A stretch of DNA of 64,000 bases, from IMG/VR virus record IMGVR_UViG_3300008108_000113; one strand, given 5' to 3'. A program made the translations under genes and the position numbers. Source of the stretch: an uncultured virus (IMG/VR IMGVR_UViG_3300008108_000113) (taxonomy: Duplodnaviria > Heunggongvirae > Uroviricota > Caudoviricetes). Shown one piece after another: positions 30,737 through 40,800 of the stretch. The notes under the pieces were generated by a model. It did not search any database. It worked only from the letters and a program-made list of their open reading frames with translations, and had not been told where the DNA came from. The stretch's first letter is position 1. Each line of letters starts with the position of its first letter.

Positions 30737-31432
30737 ATGAGATACATAGACCTAGAAAAGCCAAACATTAGAATAGTAAAAAATTTTATTAATAAGTCAG
30801 ATATTGATAAAATTTTAGAAACAAAAAATTTTTCAGAAGATCTGTGGGGACTTGATTTTAAAGTTAATTATCCAAAAGAAGAAAATGTTGATAAAATTTT
30901 ATGGCCATCTATTAAACAGTGGGACGGAATGTGCATTAACTTTACACATGAAGAATTTTATGGCAGATATCCACTAGATAGAGATTTTTATAAAGATATT
31001 GAGAATAAAACTAAATTGGTTACCGAAGACAAGTTTGGTGTTAAGGTAAAAACAGAGCAGTATCTTGTCAATAGATGGAGGGTTGGAAGGGAGCAAGCCC
31101 CACACCTAGATTATTTTATATCAAATGAAGGTCACCACGATTACGATATGCTAGCAGAAAATAATATATCTAAGACGTACCTTGAGTCATTTGAGGGAAG
31201 GTTCCAAACAAAACATTTTTCTTCTTTAATATACTTAAATAATGATTATGAAGGCGGAGAGCTTTGGTTTCCTCAATATAACAATTTTTCTATAAAGCCA
31301 GAGCCAGGAATGTTAGTGACATTTAAGGGTGACGAAAATACTCTACACGGAGTAAAAGCAGTTATAAGTGGAACCAGATATACAGTTTCAATATTCTGGA
31401 CGGATTTAAATAAAAGAAATAATATGCTATAA
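30737..31432 (+). CDS. 2OG-Fe(II) oxygenase, prolyl-4-hydroxylase-like
   Basis: HLD...SLIYLNNDYEGGELWF...KPEPG..V.F...HGV..V.SG.RY (HxD...H...R). Confidence 0.85.
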   Translation: MRYIDLEKPNIRIVKNFINKSDIDKILETKNFSEDLWGLDFKVNYPKEENVDKILWPSIKQWDGMCINFTHEEFYGRYPLDRDFYKDIENKTKLVTEDKFGVKVKTEQYLVNRWRVGREQAPHLDYFISNEGHHDYDMLAENNISKTYLESFEGRFQTKHFSSLIYLNNDYEGGELWFPQYNNFSIKPEPGMLVTFKGDENTLHGVKAVISGTRYTVSIFWTDLNKRNNML

Positions 31433-31450
31433 TGAATAAGGAGGGTAAAA

Positions 31451-31672
31451 ATGACATCAGAGTTAACTAATGAAGAAAAAATAGGAATTGTAAATCAACA
31501 TATTAAGACATTAAATTATAATAAGTATAATTTGAATCTTACAATATTAGAGCTAAATGCTGTATCAAGTCCAAATCAGGCAACTATTAATGAAATGATA
31601 TTGCAAATTTCCGATCTTGATGATAAGATTAGTGTTCTAGAAACAGAAAAAACTACTTTAGAACAGGAATAA
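31451..31672 (+). CDS. Small coiled-coil hypothetical protein
   Basis: SD AGGAGG and upstream TGCTATAAT. Confidence 0.7.
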   Translation: MTSELTNEEKIGIVNQHIKTLNYNKYNLNLTILELNAVSSPNQATINEMILQISDLDDKISVLETEKTTLEQE

Positions 31673-31673
31673 A

Positions 31674-31847
31674 ATGGATAAAGCGGAATTAGTAATAACC
31701 GCCCTACAACAAAGAATTGGAGAACTAGTTTCTAATTATGAAACTCAGATTGCAATTTTACGGGCAGATATTACACAACTCATGGATAAGGCTAAAAATG
31801 AAGCTCTTCAAGAATACTCAGATTCACTCAGTAAGCTTACCGACTAA
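31674..31847 (+). CDS. Small coiled-coil hypothetical protein (57 aa, not in ORF track)
   Basis: MDKAELVITALQQRIGELVSNYETQIAILRADITQL...; fills the gap and is coupled to its neighbours. Confidence 0.65.
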   Translation: MDKAELVITALQQRIGELVSNYETQIAILRADITQLMDKAKNEALQEYSDSLSKLTD

Positions 31848-32193
31848 TTTCCCATCAGGCATTGCAGTAAAGACTAAGAAAGCATGCTATTGGGTTAAAG
31901 ACGGAAAGTTATTTAAGCTAGTATCAGATAGGGCAGAGAAGTCTTGGTCCTTTCCTACAGTGTTAGCAGAAGAGTCAGCTCTTTCTGGAATGAAGATTGC
32001 GGGAAAGCTAGGATTTAGAGACGGCACCTTGATAAAGAATATAGCGGATGGTAAAATATATTTAATATCACAAAATAAAAGACGTCATATTGTTAGTCCA
32101 GATGTATTTAATGCATATGGTTTAGATAGAAATATGATTATAGAAGTTAGCGAAATGGAAACAAATATGCATGATCAAGGAGATAACTTATAA
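31798..32193 (+). CDS. Hypothetical protein
   Basis: Track ORF 31738; ATG 31798 is more plausible; FRDGTLIK...KIYLI....RRHI repeat-like domain. Confidence 0.65.
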   Translation: MKLFKNTQIHSVSLPTNFPSGIAVKTKKACYWVKDGKLFKLVSDRAEKSWSFPTVLAEESALSGMKIAGKLGFRDGTLIKNIADGKIYLISQNKRRHIVSPDVFNAYGLDRNMIIEVSEMETNMHDQGDNL

Positions 32194-32585
32194 TGGCACA
32201 GCAATTAAGAGCAGTAGAGTTCAATGAAGGCGAACCTCTAGACCCAAATAAGCTAAATGATCTTAAGCATAATATTATCGTAGCGTATGAAGAGGCAGTG
32301 AAGAATACATCAGACACTGGCCAAGTAACCCGATTTGATTCTGGGTTTGTACTTGTAGATATAAAGAAAGGCGTTGGGCTATCAACAGAAATTAGCCTAG
32401 GCACATTGCCCAATGCATATATAGTTACAAGTATCGGTTCGGAATTAAAGGCAGGAGTACAAGCAACTCTTTCTATTGTGGGTTCAACAACTAAGCCGCA
32501 AATCAGGGTTTCAACATCTCCAGCAATTGATAGAAGCAATTTTAGGATTAATTACTTATTGGTTTCAAAAGAGAAAACAGAATAG
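32193..32585 (+). CDS. Hypothetical protein (possibly structural)
   Basis: SD AAGGAG; coupled start. Confidence 0.65.
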   Translation: MAQQLRAVEFNEGEPLDPNKLNDLKHNIIVAYEEAVKNTSDTGQVTRFDSGFVLVDIKKGVGLSTEISLGTLPNAYIVTSIGSELKAGVQATLSIVGSTTKPQIRVSTSPAIDRSNFRINYLLVSKEKTE

Positions 32586-32587
32586 TA

Positions 32588-32615
32588 TTGACAGTACTAT
32601 GTAATATGTTACAAT
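32588..32615 (+). promoter_or_regulatory. Strong sigma70-type promoter at start of replication module
   Basis: TTGACA-N16-TACAAT with TG extension. Confidence 0.75.
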
Positions 32616-32629
32616 TATATTGTAGCCTC

Positions 32630-32654
32630 AAAGTCACGATCCCGTGACTTTTTT
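32630..32654 (+). terminator. Intrinsic terminator-like hairpin
   Basis: AAAGTCACG-ATCC-CGTGACTTT-TTT. Confidence 0.7.
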
Positions 32655-32671
32655 CGTATAAAGGTAGATGA

Positions 32672-33472
32672 ATGTCAAACGATTTAAAATGGATGTTATC
32701 GTCAGATCAGCAGTTCCCGTATCAGGATGATAAGATGATCGAGCTTTGGTTTAAGGTTATGAAATGGTTTAAGCCAGATGTAGTAGATTACTTAGGCGAT
32801 ACAGATGATCAGGCATGCTATAGTAAATATACTGAGGGTAGATCTGCAGAGTTTTTAAATTATCATAAGACTGAAAGCGGAGACTTAATTGTTCCAATGA
32901 TGCGACATGAAGCTAAGGGTGCTAGAGATTTCTACGCAAAGACTAGAGACATGCTTCCAGATGCACAACTTTTTTCAGCATTAGGTAATCATGACATTAG
33001 AGTATTTAATTATGTAGACGCAAAACTTCCAGAATATATTAGCGAAGTAACACCAGAATCTTTATGGAGTTTAGATTCATTAGGATATGAATATATTTAT
33101 TATAATGAGTTGCCAAAGCGACGCTTTGGAGATATCCATGTGCACCATGGATTATCTGTATCAGCCACAGGAGCTGTAAGAAAAGATATGGAAGATCTAC
33201 AGGTATCGTTAATTCGTGGACACTCTCATAGAATTGCTTCACATATGGTAACATATGAGTTGCGAAATAATGGAGAAGGAGAAACATTGCGTGGATATGA
33301 AATTGGTCACATGTGTGATGAAAAGAGTGACGGAATGAAGTATAGTCAGCATCATGACTGGCAAAAGGGTTTTGCTATTGCTCATATTGTAAATGACTAT
33401 CCTCACATTCAAATGATTCATGTTTCACCAGACTATTCATGCGTTGTAGATGGAAAGGTTTTTAAAGTATAA
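32672..33472 (+). CDS. Calcineurin-like metallophosphoesterase
   Basis: SDQQ, LGDTDD, LGNHD, HHG and GHSH motifs. Confidence 0.85.
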   Translation: MSNDLKWMLSSDQQFPYQDDKMIELWFKVMKWFKPDVVDYLGDTDDQACYSKYTEGRSAEFLNYHKTESGDLIVPMMRHEAKGARDFYAKTRDMLPDAQLFSALGNHDIRVFNYVDAKLPEYISEVTPESLWSLDSLGYEYIYYNELPKRRFGDIHVHHGLSVSATGAVRKDMEDLQVSLIRGHSHRIASHMVTYELRNNGEGETLRGYEIGHMCDEKSDGMKYSQHHDWQKGFAIAHIVNDYPHIQMIHVSPDYSCVVDGKVFKV

Positions 33473-33657
33473 TGTGGTGCAAAAAATGTAATGGAAGAGT
33501 ATTCATAGATAGAGTTTTTTCTCAGAAGCTACATATAGAATTATATTGTGTGATGTGTGGAAAGCGCTGGATGATTAATAGGGAATCGAGTAAACTAGGA
33601 AAATGGCTAGATCAAAAAGAGTCGGAATACAAAAAAGATTTCTCTATTTCTTCTTAA
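33472..33657 (+). CDS. Small zinc-ribbon protein
   Basis: CKKC...CVMC. Confidence 0.7.
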   Translation: MWCKKCNGRVFIDRVFSQKLHIELYCVMCGKRWMINRESSKLGKWLDQKESEYKKDFSISS

Positions 33658-34085
33658 ATGGGAAAATTCATAAAGTATTAAAGTCGTCTAGGGCAAAAGA
33701 CGAGCTAATTGCTTGGTGTTATCCAGATAAAAAAAGAGTTCTTTATTCTTATAGCTTAGTATCAAAAGGCATGGAAAATGCGTATACACTAGTGCAAGCT
33801 GGTAGAATTTTAAATAGACATAAGGTCACGCTTGAAGAGTATATTTTGGTTGGCAAAATAAAGTCGCCGCAAAAGGTATACCCTATTGGAAACCCAGATA
33901 GTACCTGGTTTAAATATATGCTTAGCGAATCTGATATAGTTCAGATACATGAATTTATTTTAGAGGCAGGACACACTAAAGATTTGCCATCTAAGGCAGA
34001 GCTTTTAGCCCTTCTCAAAAGTAATGTTATATTGTATACTAAGACCAATGACGGTAAGTATGTCCCTGTATGGAAGGCGGAGTAA
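33603..34085 (+). CDS. Hypothetical protein, possible HTH DNA-binding
   Basis: AYTLVQAGRILNRHKVTLEEYILVGKI resembles a MerR/excisionase-type HTH. Confidence 0.6.
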   Translation: MARSKRVGIQKRFLYFFLNGKIHKVLKSSRAKDELIAWCYPDKKRVLYSYSLVSKGMENAYTLVQAGRILNRHKVTLEEYILVGKIKSPQKVYPIGNPDSTWFKYMLSESDIVQIHEFILEAGHTKDLPSKAELLALLKSNVILYTKTNDGKYVPVWKAE

Positions 34086-34288
34086 TGACAACAAGGGTTA
34101 AGGTCGATCTATCTTTTACACGAAATCTTGGCAACTACGAAAGTATCAAGATAGGTATTGGGGTTGAAGATGATATTAGGCATGGCGAAACAGTAGATGC
34201 TGCCACAGAAAGAGTTTATGCATTTGTTGAGAATAAGCTTATTGAAAAGACTCGTGAAGTAGAAGAAGAGCTTAAGAGTGTCAAATAA
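34085..34288 (+). CDS. Hypothetical protein
   Basis: Coupled TAATG start; TRNLGNYESIKI motif. Confidence 0.65.
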   Translation: MTTRVKVDLSFTRNLGNYESIKIGIGVEDDIRHGETVDAATERVYAFVENKLIEKTREVEEELKSVK

Positions 34289-34598
34289 TAGACAGCCCTA
34301 TATTCTTATCACTTTATACCAAAATTTATATAAGCAGAAGTATGGTCAAGAGATCAGGGTAAATAAGTTTCGTGAAAAATGGGCTATGCAGGATGTCATA
34401 GATAGTGTAGGATTTGATGATGCCTATAAGTTGCTCAGCTACTACTTTACTTTATCTAAGCAAGGTCATCCGCTTCAATTCTTTTATTTAAACTTTGATA
34501 AGATAGAAAAAGTTAAAAATGATATAGATCAAGATGTAGAACGCAGACGATTACTTAGAGAAGCAACTAAAAAGATGGTGGAAGGAGAAAGCAAATGA
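34278..34598 (+). CDS. Hypothetical protein upstream of helicase (possible loader/initiator)
   Basis: ORF overlaps the helicase start; function inferred from position only. Confidence 0.55.
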   Translation: MSNNRQPYILITLYQNLYKQKYGQEIRVNKFREKWAMQDVIDSVGFDDAYKLLSYYFTLSKQGHPLQFFYLNFDKIEKVKNDIDQDVERRRLLREATKKMVEGESK

Positions 34599-35839
34599 AT
34601 ACAGAAGCGACATTAATTTCAGCTGTATGTAAGAACAAAGATATTAGCACACTCCTTGCGGATAACGTAGATGATCTATTTACATCACATAGGGACATAT
34701 GGGATGCCTTAAAGAACTATTACTATAAGTTTAAAGCTGTTCCAGAAGTTGGAGTACTACAAGAACGCTTCAAAGACTTTGATCCAGATACAAAGGCAAG
34801 TGCGGAGACTGGATATTATCTAGATAAACTAAAGAATGAATTTCTTTCTAATAAACTTAAGGGAATACTTATTCGTGGTGGCTCAATGCTTAAAGAAGAT
34901 GCTGCATCACGTGTGTTGGCAGATCTTCAGTCAGAGCTATCAGCACTAAATAAGTTTACTAGTAATATTCGTGACCTAGATGTTATTGATGCAGAAAGTG
35001 CAATTAAGCACATTGAGGCGCTAAAGATTCGTTCTGCAGAAATGGGTGGTTCTCCAGGAATCAAAACTGGCTTTGACTCAATTGATTTAGCCTATCCAAC
35101 TGGAATGGCACCAGGACATTTAATTGTTGCAATTGGTTGGCCAGGTAAAGGTAAGACATGGTTTACATCCTATCTAGCATGCAAGGCTTGGGAACAGGGA
35201 TTCAAGCCAATGATCATATCTCTTGAAATGACTCCAGAGAATATGCGTGATCGAATTTATACAATGCTGGGTTCTGGATTGTTTAGAGCATCAGATTTCT
35301 CTAAGGGAGACATCAATATAGATGACTTCAGATCTTGGTCTAGCAAAAAGTTTCAGGATAAGAATGGATTTATTCTTGTATCTAATGAGGGATTTAATCA
35401 GGTAACACCTAATGCTGTACAGGCAAAAATTGATCAGCATAAGCCAGACCTAGTTATTCTTGATTACCATCAGTTGTTTACAGATAACAATAATTCAAAG
35501 GCTCCCACGGAGCGTAATATGAACTTGTCTCGTGAGTTTAAAAACTTAGCAACTAGAAACAATATACCAGTAATTGATATTACTGCAGCAACTGGAGACG
35601 ATATTTCTGATAGAGATAATCCACCAATGATGAGTCAGGTTGCGTGGTCAAAGGCTATTGAGTACGATGCTGATATGGCTATGGCTATTCACAGATATCC
35701 AGACTCTAATTTGATTGAAGTTGTTTCTAGAAAGAATAGACATGGACATGATTTTGGAGTTTATTTAGACTGGGATATTAATAGAGGTATTATTAAAGAA
35801 ATCTTTGAGGACCCTAGAAAGTCTAAGGATGAATCATAA
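34595..35839 (+). CDS. dnaB: Replicative DNA helicase (DnaB-like)
   Basis: GIKTGF..ID, Walker A GWPGKGKT, SLEM, ILDY, IEYDAD, KNRHG. Confidence 0.92.
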   Translation: MNTEATLISAVCKNKDISTLLADNVDDLFTSHRDIWDALKNYYYKFKAVPEVGVLQERFKDFDPDTKASAETGYYLDKLKNEFLSNKLKGILIRGGSMLKEDAASRVLADLQSELSALNKFTSNIRDLDVIDAESAIKHIEALKIRSAEMGGSPGIKTGFDSIDLAYPTGMAPGHLIVAIGWPGKGKTWFTSYLACKAWEQGFKPMIISLEMTPENMRDRIYTMLGSGLFRASDFSKGDINIDDFRSWSSKKFQDKNGFILVSNEGFNQVTPNAVQAKIDQHKPDLVILDYHQLFTDNNNSKAPTERNMNLSREFKNLATRNNIPVIDITAATGDDISDRDNPPMMSQVAWSKAIEYDADMAMAIHRYPDSNLIEVVSRKNRHGHDFGVYLDWDINRGIIKEIFEDPRKSKDES

Positions 35840-36131
35840 ACCAATTAAAAGATTTCAAGTTACGGTTGAATTTAAAGACGATTCAGATATGATAAGAATA
35901 AAAGCTCAATACGAATCCTTATTGTCACAAGATATGAGGTCAAAAGGATACGCAAGAGTACTTGACATAGATACTAACTTTTCGGTAGAATTCACAGGAG
36001 AGACCTGGGTGTTTTTAATGACACTATATGGCGTATACGTAGGAAAGAAGAAGGCATGGCAATCAGAGGGTATAACACAAGGGAAATTGATCCCACGCAG
36101 TACTCGCCAGCACACATTAAGTCAATTATAA
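35829..36131 (+). CDS. Hypothetical protein
   Basis: ORF between helicase and primase. Confidence 0.6.
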   Translation: MNHKPIKRFQVTVEFKDDSDMIRIKAQYESLLSQDMRSKGYARVLDIDTNFSVEFTGETWVFLMTLYGVYVGKKKAWQSEGITQGKLIPRSTRQHTLSQL

Positions 36132-37051
36132 AAGAAATAGGACTTACTATTGTTGGAGAGACATCTAATGACTTTCTATGCTACTGCCCATTTCATTCTA
36201 ATAGACATACATCAAGCTTTAGTGTAAGCCGTGAAAAAGGTGCATTCATCTGCTTTAACCCTTCATGTGGAGAGTCTGGTACCCTATTGGATCTAGTTAA
36301 ACGCACAATGCAGAAGAATGACTTTGAATCACTGCGATTTATATCTGCCAAAGAGACGGAATCCCTAGAAAATTTTGATGAGCTACTGGCAGAGGCAATG
36401 GAAGAGAAGCCCATGTTTGAGGAGTTTAGTAAAGATATTCTGGATAAGCTATCTAAAGATAGATCTAATAGTTTAAAGGCTTGTGACTATTTTATTTCTC
36501 GTGGAATAAATCATGAGGCTATGGATTATTTTGGTCTAGGATATTCTGAAAATATGGATATGGTTACCGTTCCCGTCCACAGCCCAGATGGTATGCCAAT
36601 AGGAATTGTTGGAAGGTCAATAGAAGGAAAATCTTTTAAGAATAGTACTAATCTTCCTAAGAGCAAAACATTATTTAATATACATCGTGCCAAAAAGATT
36701 GGGGATCATGTCATAATTGTGGAATCCAGCTTTGATGCTATTCGTGTTCATCAGGCAGGTTTTCCAAACGTAGTTGCTACACTAGGAGGATTTTTATCTA
36801 CAGAGCAGCAACAAATATTAAATAGGCATTTTAATAGAATAACAATAATGACAGATGCAGATTTAGCTGGTAGAGAATTAGGAAAGAGTATATCTAATAA
36901 ATTAAGAATGAAAGACATCTTGTGGGCATCCAATGAATATGGTAAGATATACCCACACGATGCAAAAGATGCTGGTGATATGACTGATGCAGAGATTAAA
37001 CACTGTATTAAAAATGCTGTGTCAGACATAGAATACAGATCTTGGCATTAA
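36056..37051 (+). CDS. dnaG: DNA primase (CHC2 zinc finger + TOPRIM)
   Basis: CPFH...C...C; IVESSFDAI; DAD.AG; KDAGD. Confidence 0.9.
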   Translation: MAIRGYNTREIDPTQYSPAHIKSIIKEIGLTIVGETSNDFLCYCPFHSNRHTSSFSVSREKGAFICFNPSCGESGTLLDLVKRTMQKNDFESLRFISAKETESLENFDELLAEAMEEKPMFEEFSKDILDKLSKDRSNSLKACDYFISRGINHEAMDYFGLGYSENMDMVTVPVHSPDGMPIGIVGRSIEGKSFKNSTNLPKSKTLFNIHRAKKIGDHVIIVESSFDAIRVHQAGFPNVVATLGGFLSTEQQQILNRHFNRITIMTDADLAGRELGKSISNKLRMKDILWASNEYGKIYPHDAKDAGDMTDAEIKHCIKNAVSDIEYRSWH

Positions 37052-37104
37052 TGATATAATAGTTAAACAGATGAATATATATCATCAACTATAAGGAGAA
37101 ATAA

Positions 37105-37779
37105 ATGAGTATAGTAAAGGGTCTAAAAGACTTAAATAAGGCACTAGATAAGCCAACATATAGTGGTGGCGATGAAAATAAAGGTCGCTGGCTGAAGATT
37201 GAAGATGGAGAAAGTGTTAAGATTCGCTTCCTCCAAGAGCTTGATCCAGACTCACCTACATATAATGATAAGCTCGGATGCGGATTCATTGCTCTTGAGC
37301 ACACAAACCCAAAGGACTACCGTCGTAAAGCTCTAGATTCAATGGAGTCAGAAGGCCGTGATTGGGCACAGGAACAACATCGTAAGGATCCAAAGGCTGG
37401 TTGGAAGGCAAAGACACGTCTATACATCAATGTTTTGGTGGATGATGGAAAAGAAGAGCCATATGTTGCAATTCTTTCTCAAGGTACAAGTGGTAAAACA
37501 ATTACACCAACACTTATTGAGTATGCTGGTGAAATGGGATCAATCACAAATCTAATGTGGAGAATTAAGCGAAACGGAACAAAGACCGATACAAGCTATA
37601 CAATCATTCCATTAGCAAAAGACGAGTCAGCATTTGACTTCTCATCACTAGAACTCTTTGATCTTGAAAAGACAGCAGTTCGTCATGTACCGTATGCAGA
37701 GCAAGAAGCTTTTTATATGGGAGAAGGCGGAAGCCAAGAAGAATCTAACTCTGCAACTAGCAGCAGCTTAGACTGGTAA
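37105..37779 (+). CDS. Single-stranded DNA-binding protein (gp32-like)
   Basis: LKIEDGESVKIRFL, KRNG...DTSYTIIP and an acidic tail ending in DW; lies between primase and polymerase. Confidence 0.7.
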   Translation: MSIVKGLKDLNKALDKPTYSGGDENKGRWLKIEDGESVKIRFLQELDPDSPTYNDKLGCGFIALEHTNPKDYRRKALDSMESEGRDWAQEQHRKDPKAGWKAKTRLYINVLVDDGKEEPYVAILSQGTSGKTITPTLIEYAGEMGSITNLMWRIKRNGTKTDTSYTIIPLAKDESAFDFSSLELFDLEKTAVRHVPYAEQEAFYMGEGGSQEESNSATSSSLDW

Positions 37780-37802
37780 AGAATAGTTAAGGCGGAGAAT
37801 TA

Positions 37803-40800
37803 ATGTCATTCACACATTTGCATGTTCATTCATACTACTCATTGATGGATGGCCTTAATTCTCCTGCCGAGCTATGCCAAGCAGCATTAGATGCTGGACA
37901 AACGGCGATTGCAATCACAGATCATGGAACACTTTCTTCACATCGTGAAATGCAGATCGCAGCAAAAGAATTAGGAATTAAGCCAATTTTAGGAGTTGAG
38001 GCGTACATATCTCCGACAGACAGATTTGATAGGTCGTCTAAAACAGATAAATCTATTCAGGCCTACAACCACATCATTCTTTTGGCTAAAAATAAAAAGG
38101 GTTTAGAAAATATAAATGCCCTGCAAGAAATTGCATGGAACGAAGGCTTTTATCATAAGCCACGTATTGACAGAGAGGTGTTAAAAGAATATGCGGAAGG
38201 CATCATTGTATTGTCTGGATGTCTCAATGGGCTTATTAGCAAATCTATTGAACGTCAGGAATTCTCAGAAGCAAAGCTTATACTCAAAGACTTTAAGCAA
38301 ACTTTTCACGAAGATTTTTATGTTGAGGTTCAATCTCACAACCCAGCAGAAATAAACTCAAAATTACTAGAGCTGGCTGATGAGCTTGGAATCAAAGCGG
38401 TGGCAACGGGAGACGCACACTTTGCCAAAGAAGAAGATCGAATCCTTGAGGAAGCATTATTAATCTTATCTACATCACCCAAGGCTGATAAGGATATAGA
38501 TTTTGATATGTCTAAGAATATGAAGAATATGCTGGACAGGTTTAATTATTTATACCCAGACAGAAGAATATCTTTTCAAGACTACAATTTGTTTATTCAA
38601 ACTAGATCTGAGATTGAGTCAGACTTTAACAAATCTAATATAAATAGAACTGATATATATGAAAATACAATGGAGATTGCTAATAAGGTTGGAGATTATG
38701 ATTTTAATCAGGGCCTTGACCTTCTGCCAGTTCCAAAAACAGATGCTGATGAAAGACTAAGATCACTGGCCGTAAAGGGCTTAGAGAGCCTTCAGAAGGC
38801 TTCAGACCCAATTTATATGGATAGGCTAGAAGAAGAGTTATCGGTTATTGCTTCTAAAAACTTTGCCTCATACTTTTTAGTTGTTGGTGATATGATTAAT
38901 TGGGCAAAAGAATCTGGAATTAGAGTTGGTCCAGGACGTGGTTCTGCAGCGGGATCATTAGTTTGCTATGCCCTAGGAATTACAGATGTAGACCCAATTA
39001 AATACAACCTATTGTTTTTTAGATTTATTAATCCAGAGCGAAATGATTTTCCAGATATTGACACAGACTTTGAGGATAGACGCCGTAAGGAAGTAAAAGA
39101 TTACTTAAAGGGTAAGTTTAAGCATGTTGCTTCTATTTCTACATACACATACTTTAAAGATAAGGGTGTAATTAGAGATGCTGCTCGTGTATTTATGGTT
39201 CCCCTTCAAGAAGTAAATCGTGCAACAAAACAAATTGACACATTCGAAGACTTTTTAAGTTCGCCGAATACAAAAGAATTCAGAGCTAAGTACCCAGAAG
39301 TTGTATGGCTAGCAGAAAGACTGCGTGGCAGAATTAGATCTGTAGGTGTTCATGCTGCAGGAGTTGTTGTGGCAAAAGATGATCTAAGAAAGTATGCTCC
39401 AGTTGAATCTCGTGAAGACGCACAAGATAAAGTCTCTGGACGTATTCCAGTTGTAGCATACGATATGGATACTGTTGCAGATATTGGTTTGATTAAGCTT
39501 GATGCGCTAGGATTAAAAACACTTTCTGTTATATCAGATACATTGGGGTCGATTAAAAATAGATCTGGAAAGCAGATTAATCTTTCAGAATTAACTATGG
39601 ACGATCCAAAAGTTTATCAAATGTTAAGCGAAGGATATACTAAGGGTGTATTCCAGGCGGAAGCAACTCCATATACAAATCTTCTTATGAAAATGGGTGT
39701 AGATAAGTTTGAAGATTTGGTTGCCTCAAATGCCTTAGTAAGACCAGGAGCAATGAATACTGTAGGTGCTTCGTATATTGATCGTAAAAATGGTAGAGAA
39801 GCAGTAGACTATAGCCATGTATTAATGAAAGACTTTACCGAGAATACATATGGTGTTATTATTTATCAGGAGCAGGTTATGCAAGCCTGTGTATATCTAG
39901 GAGGGATGTCTTGGTCAGAAGCCGATAAGGTTCGCAAGATCATTGGTAAAAAGAAAGATGCAAAAGAGTTCGACCAGTTCAAGGATAAGTTTATTAGCGG
40001 GGCTTCTGAGCATATCTCAGAAAAGAAAGCGGCGGAGCTTTGGCATGATTTTGAAGCGCATGCTGGGTATTCTTTTAATCGCTCTCATGCTGTTGCTTAC
40101 TCCATGCTTTCTTATTATACTGCTTGGCTTAAGACTTATTATCCTCTTGAGTTTATGTTTTCGATCCTTAAAAACGAAAATGATAAAGATGCTAGGACTG
40201 AATACTTAATCGAAGCAAAAAGACTTGGGCTTCGAATAATGCTGCCACACGTCAACGAGTCAGACATATACTTTTCCTTGCAAGATGAGGGAATTAGATT
40301 TGGTTTAGCGGAAGTTAAATTCATATCAGATAATATTGCAAATAAGCTTATGGCACAACGTCCATTTAAAGACTATGCTGATTTAATTTCTAAAGCTTCT
40401 AAAAAGGGAAGTGGTATTAATAGCAGGGCGATAGATGCACTTAATGCAATCGGAGGAGCAGCTTTTGAGGATAACCCAAGATCTGGAAACGAAAAAGATA
40501 ATTACTATGAGTATCTTGGGATACCAACATTTAATCTAGAGGGCATACCCCCAAGAATTAAAGCACAGGCAAGACCAATTGAAGATTTTGATGACCTAGG
40601 CTCATTTGTAATGTTTGGTATGGTTAAAAATATTAAACGTGGAACTGGTTGGGCAAGAGTTGAGCTAGTTGACGAGACTGGAACAATTGGTCTATTCCAT
40701 CATGAAGATACTCAAATTGAGTCAAACCAGATGTATTTTATTCTTGTAGGAGATAATAGAATTGCTAGATATATAAATGTAAAAGATATAGATCCAAACG

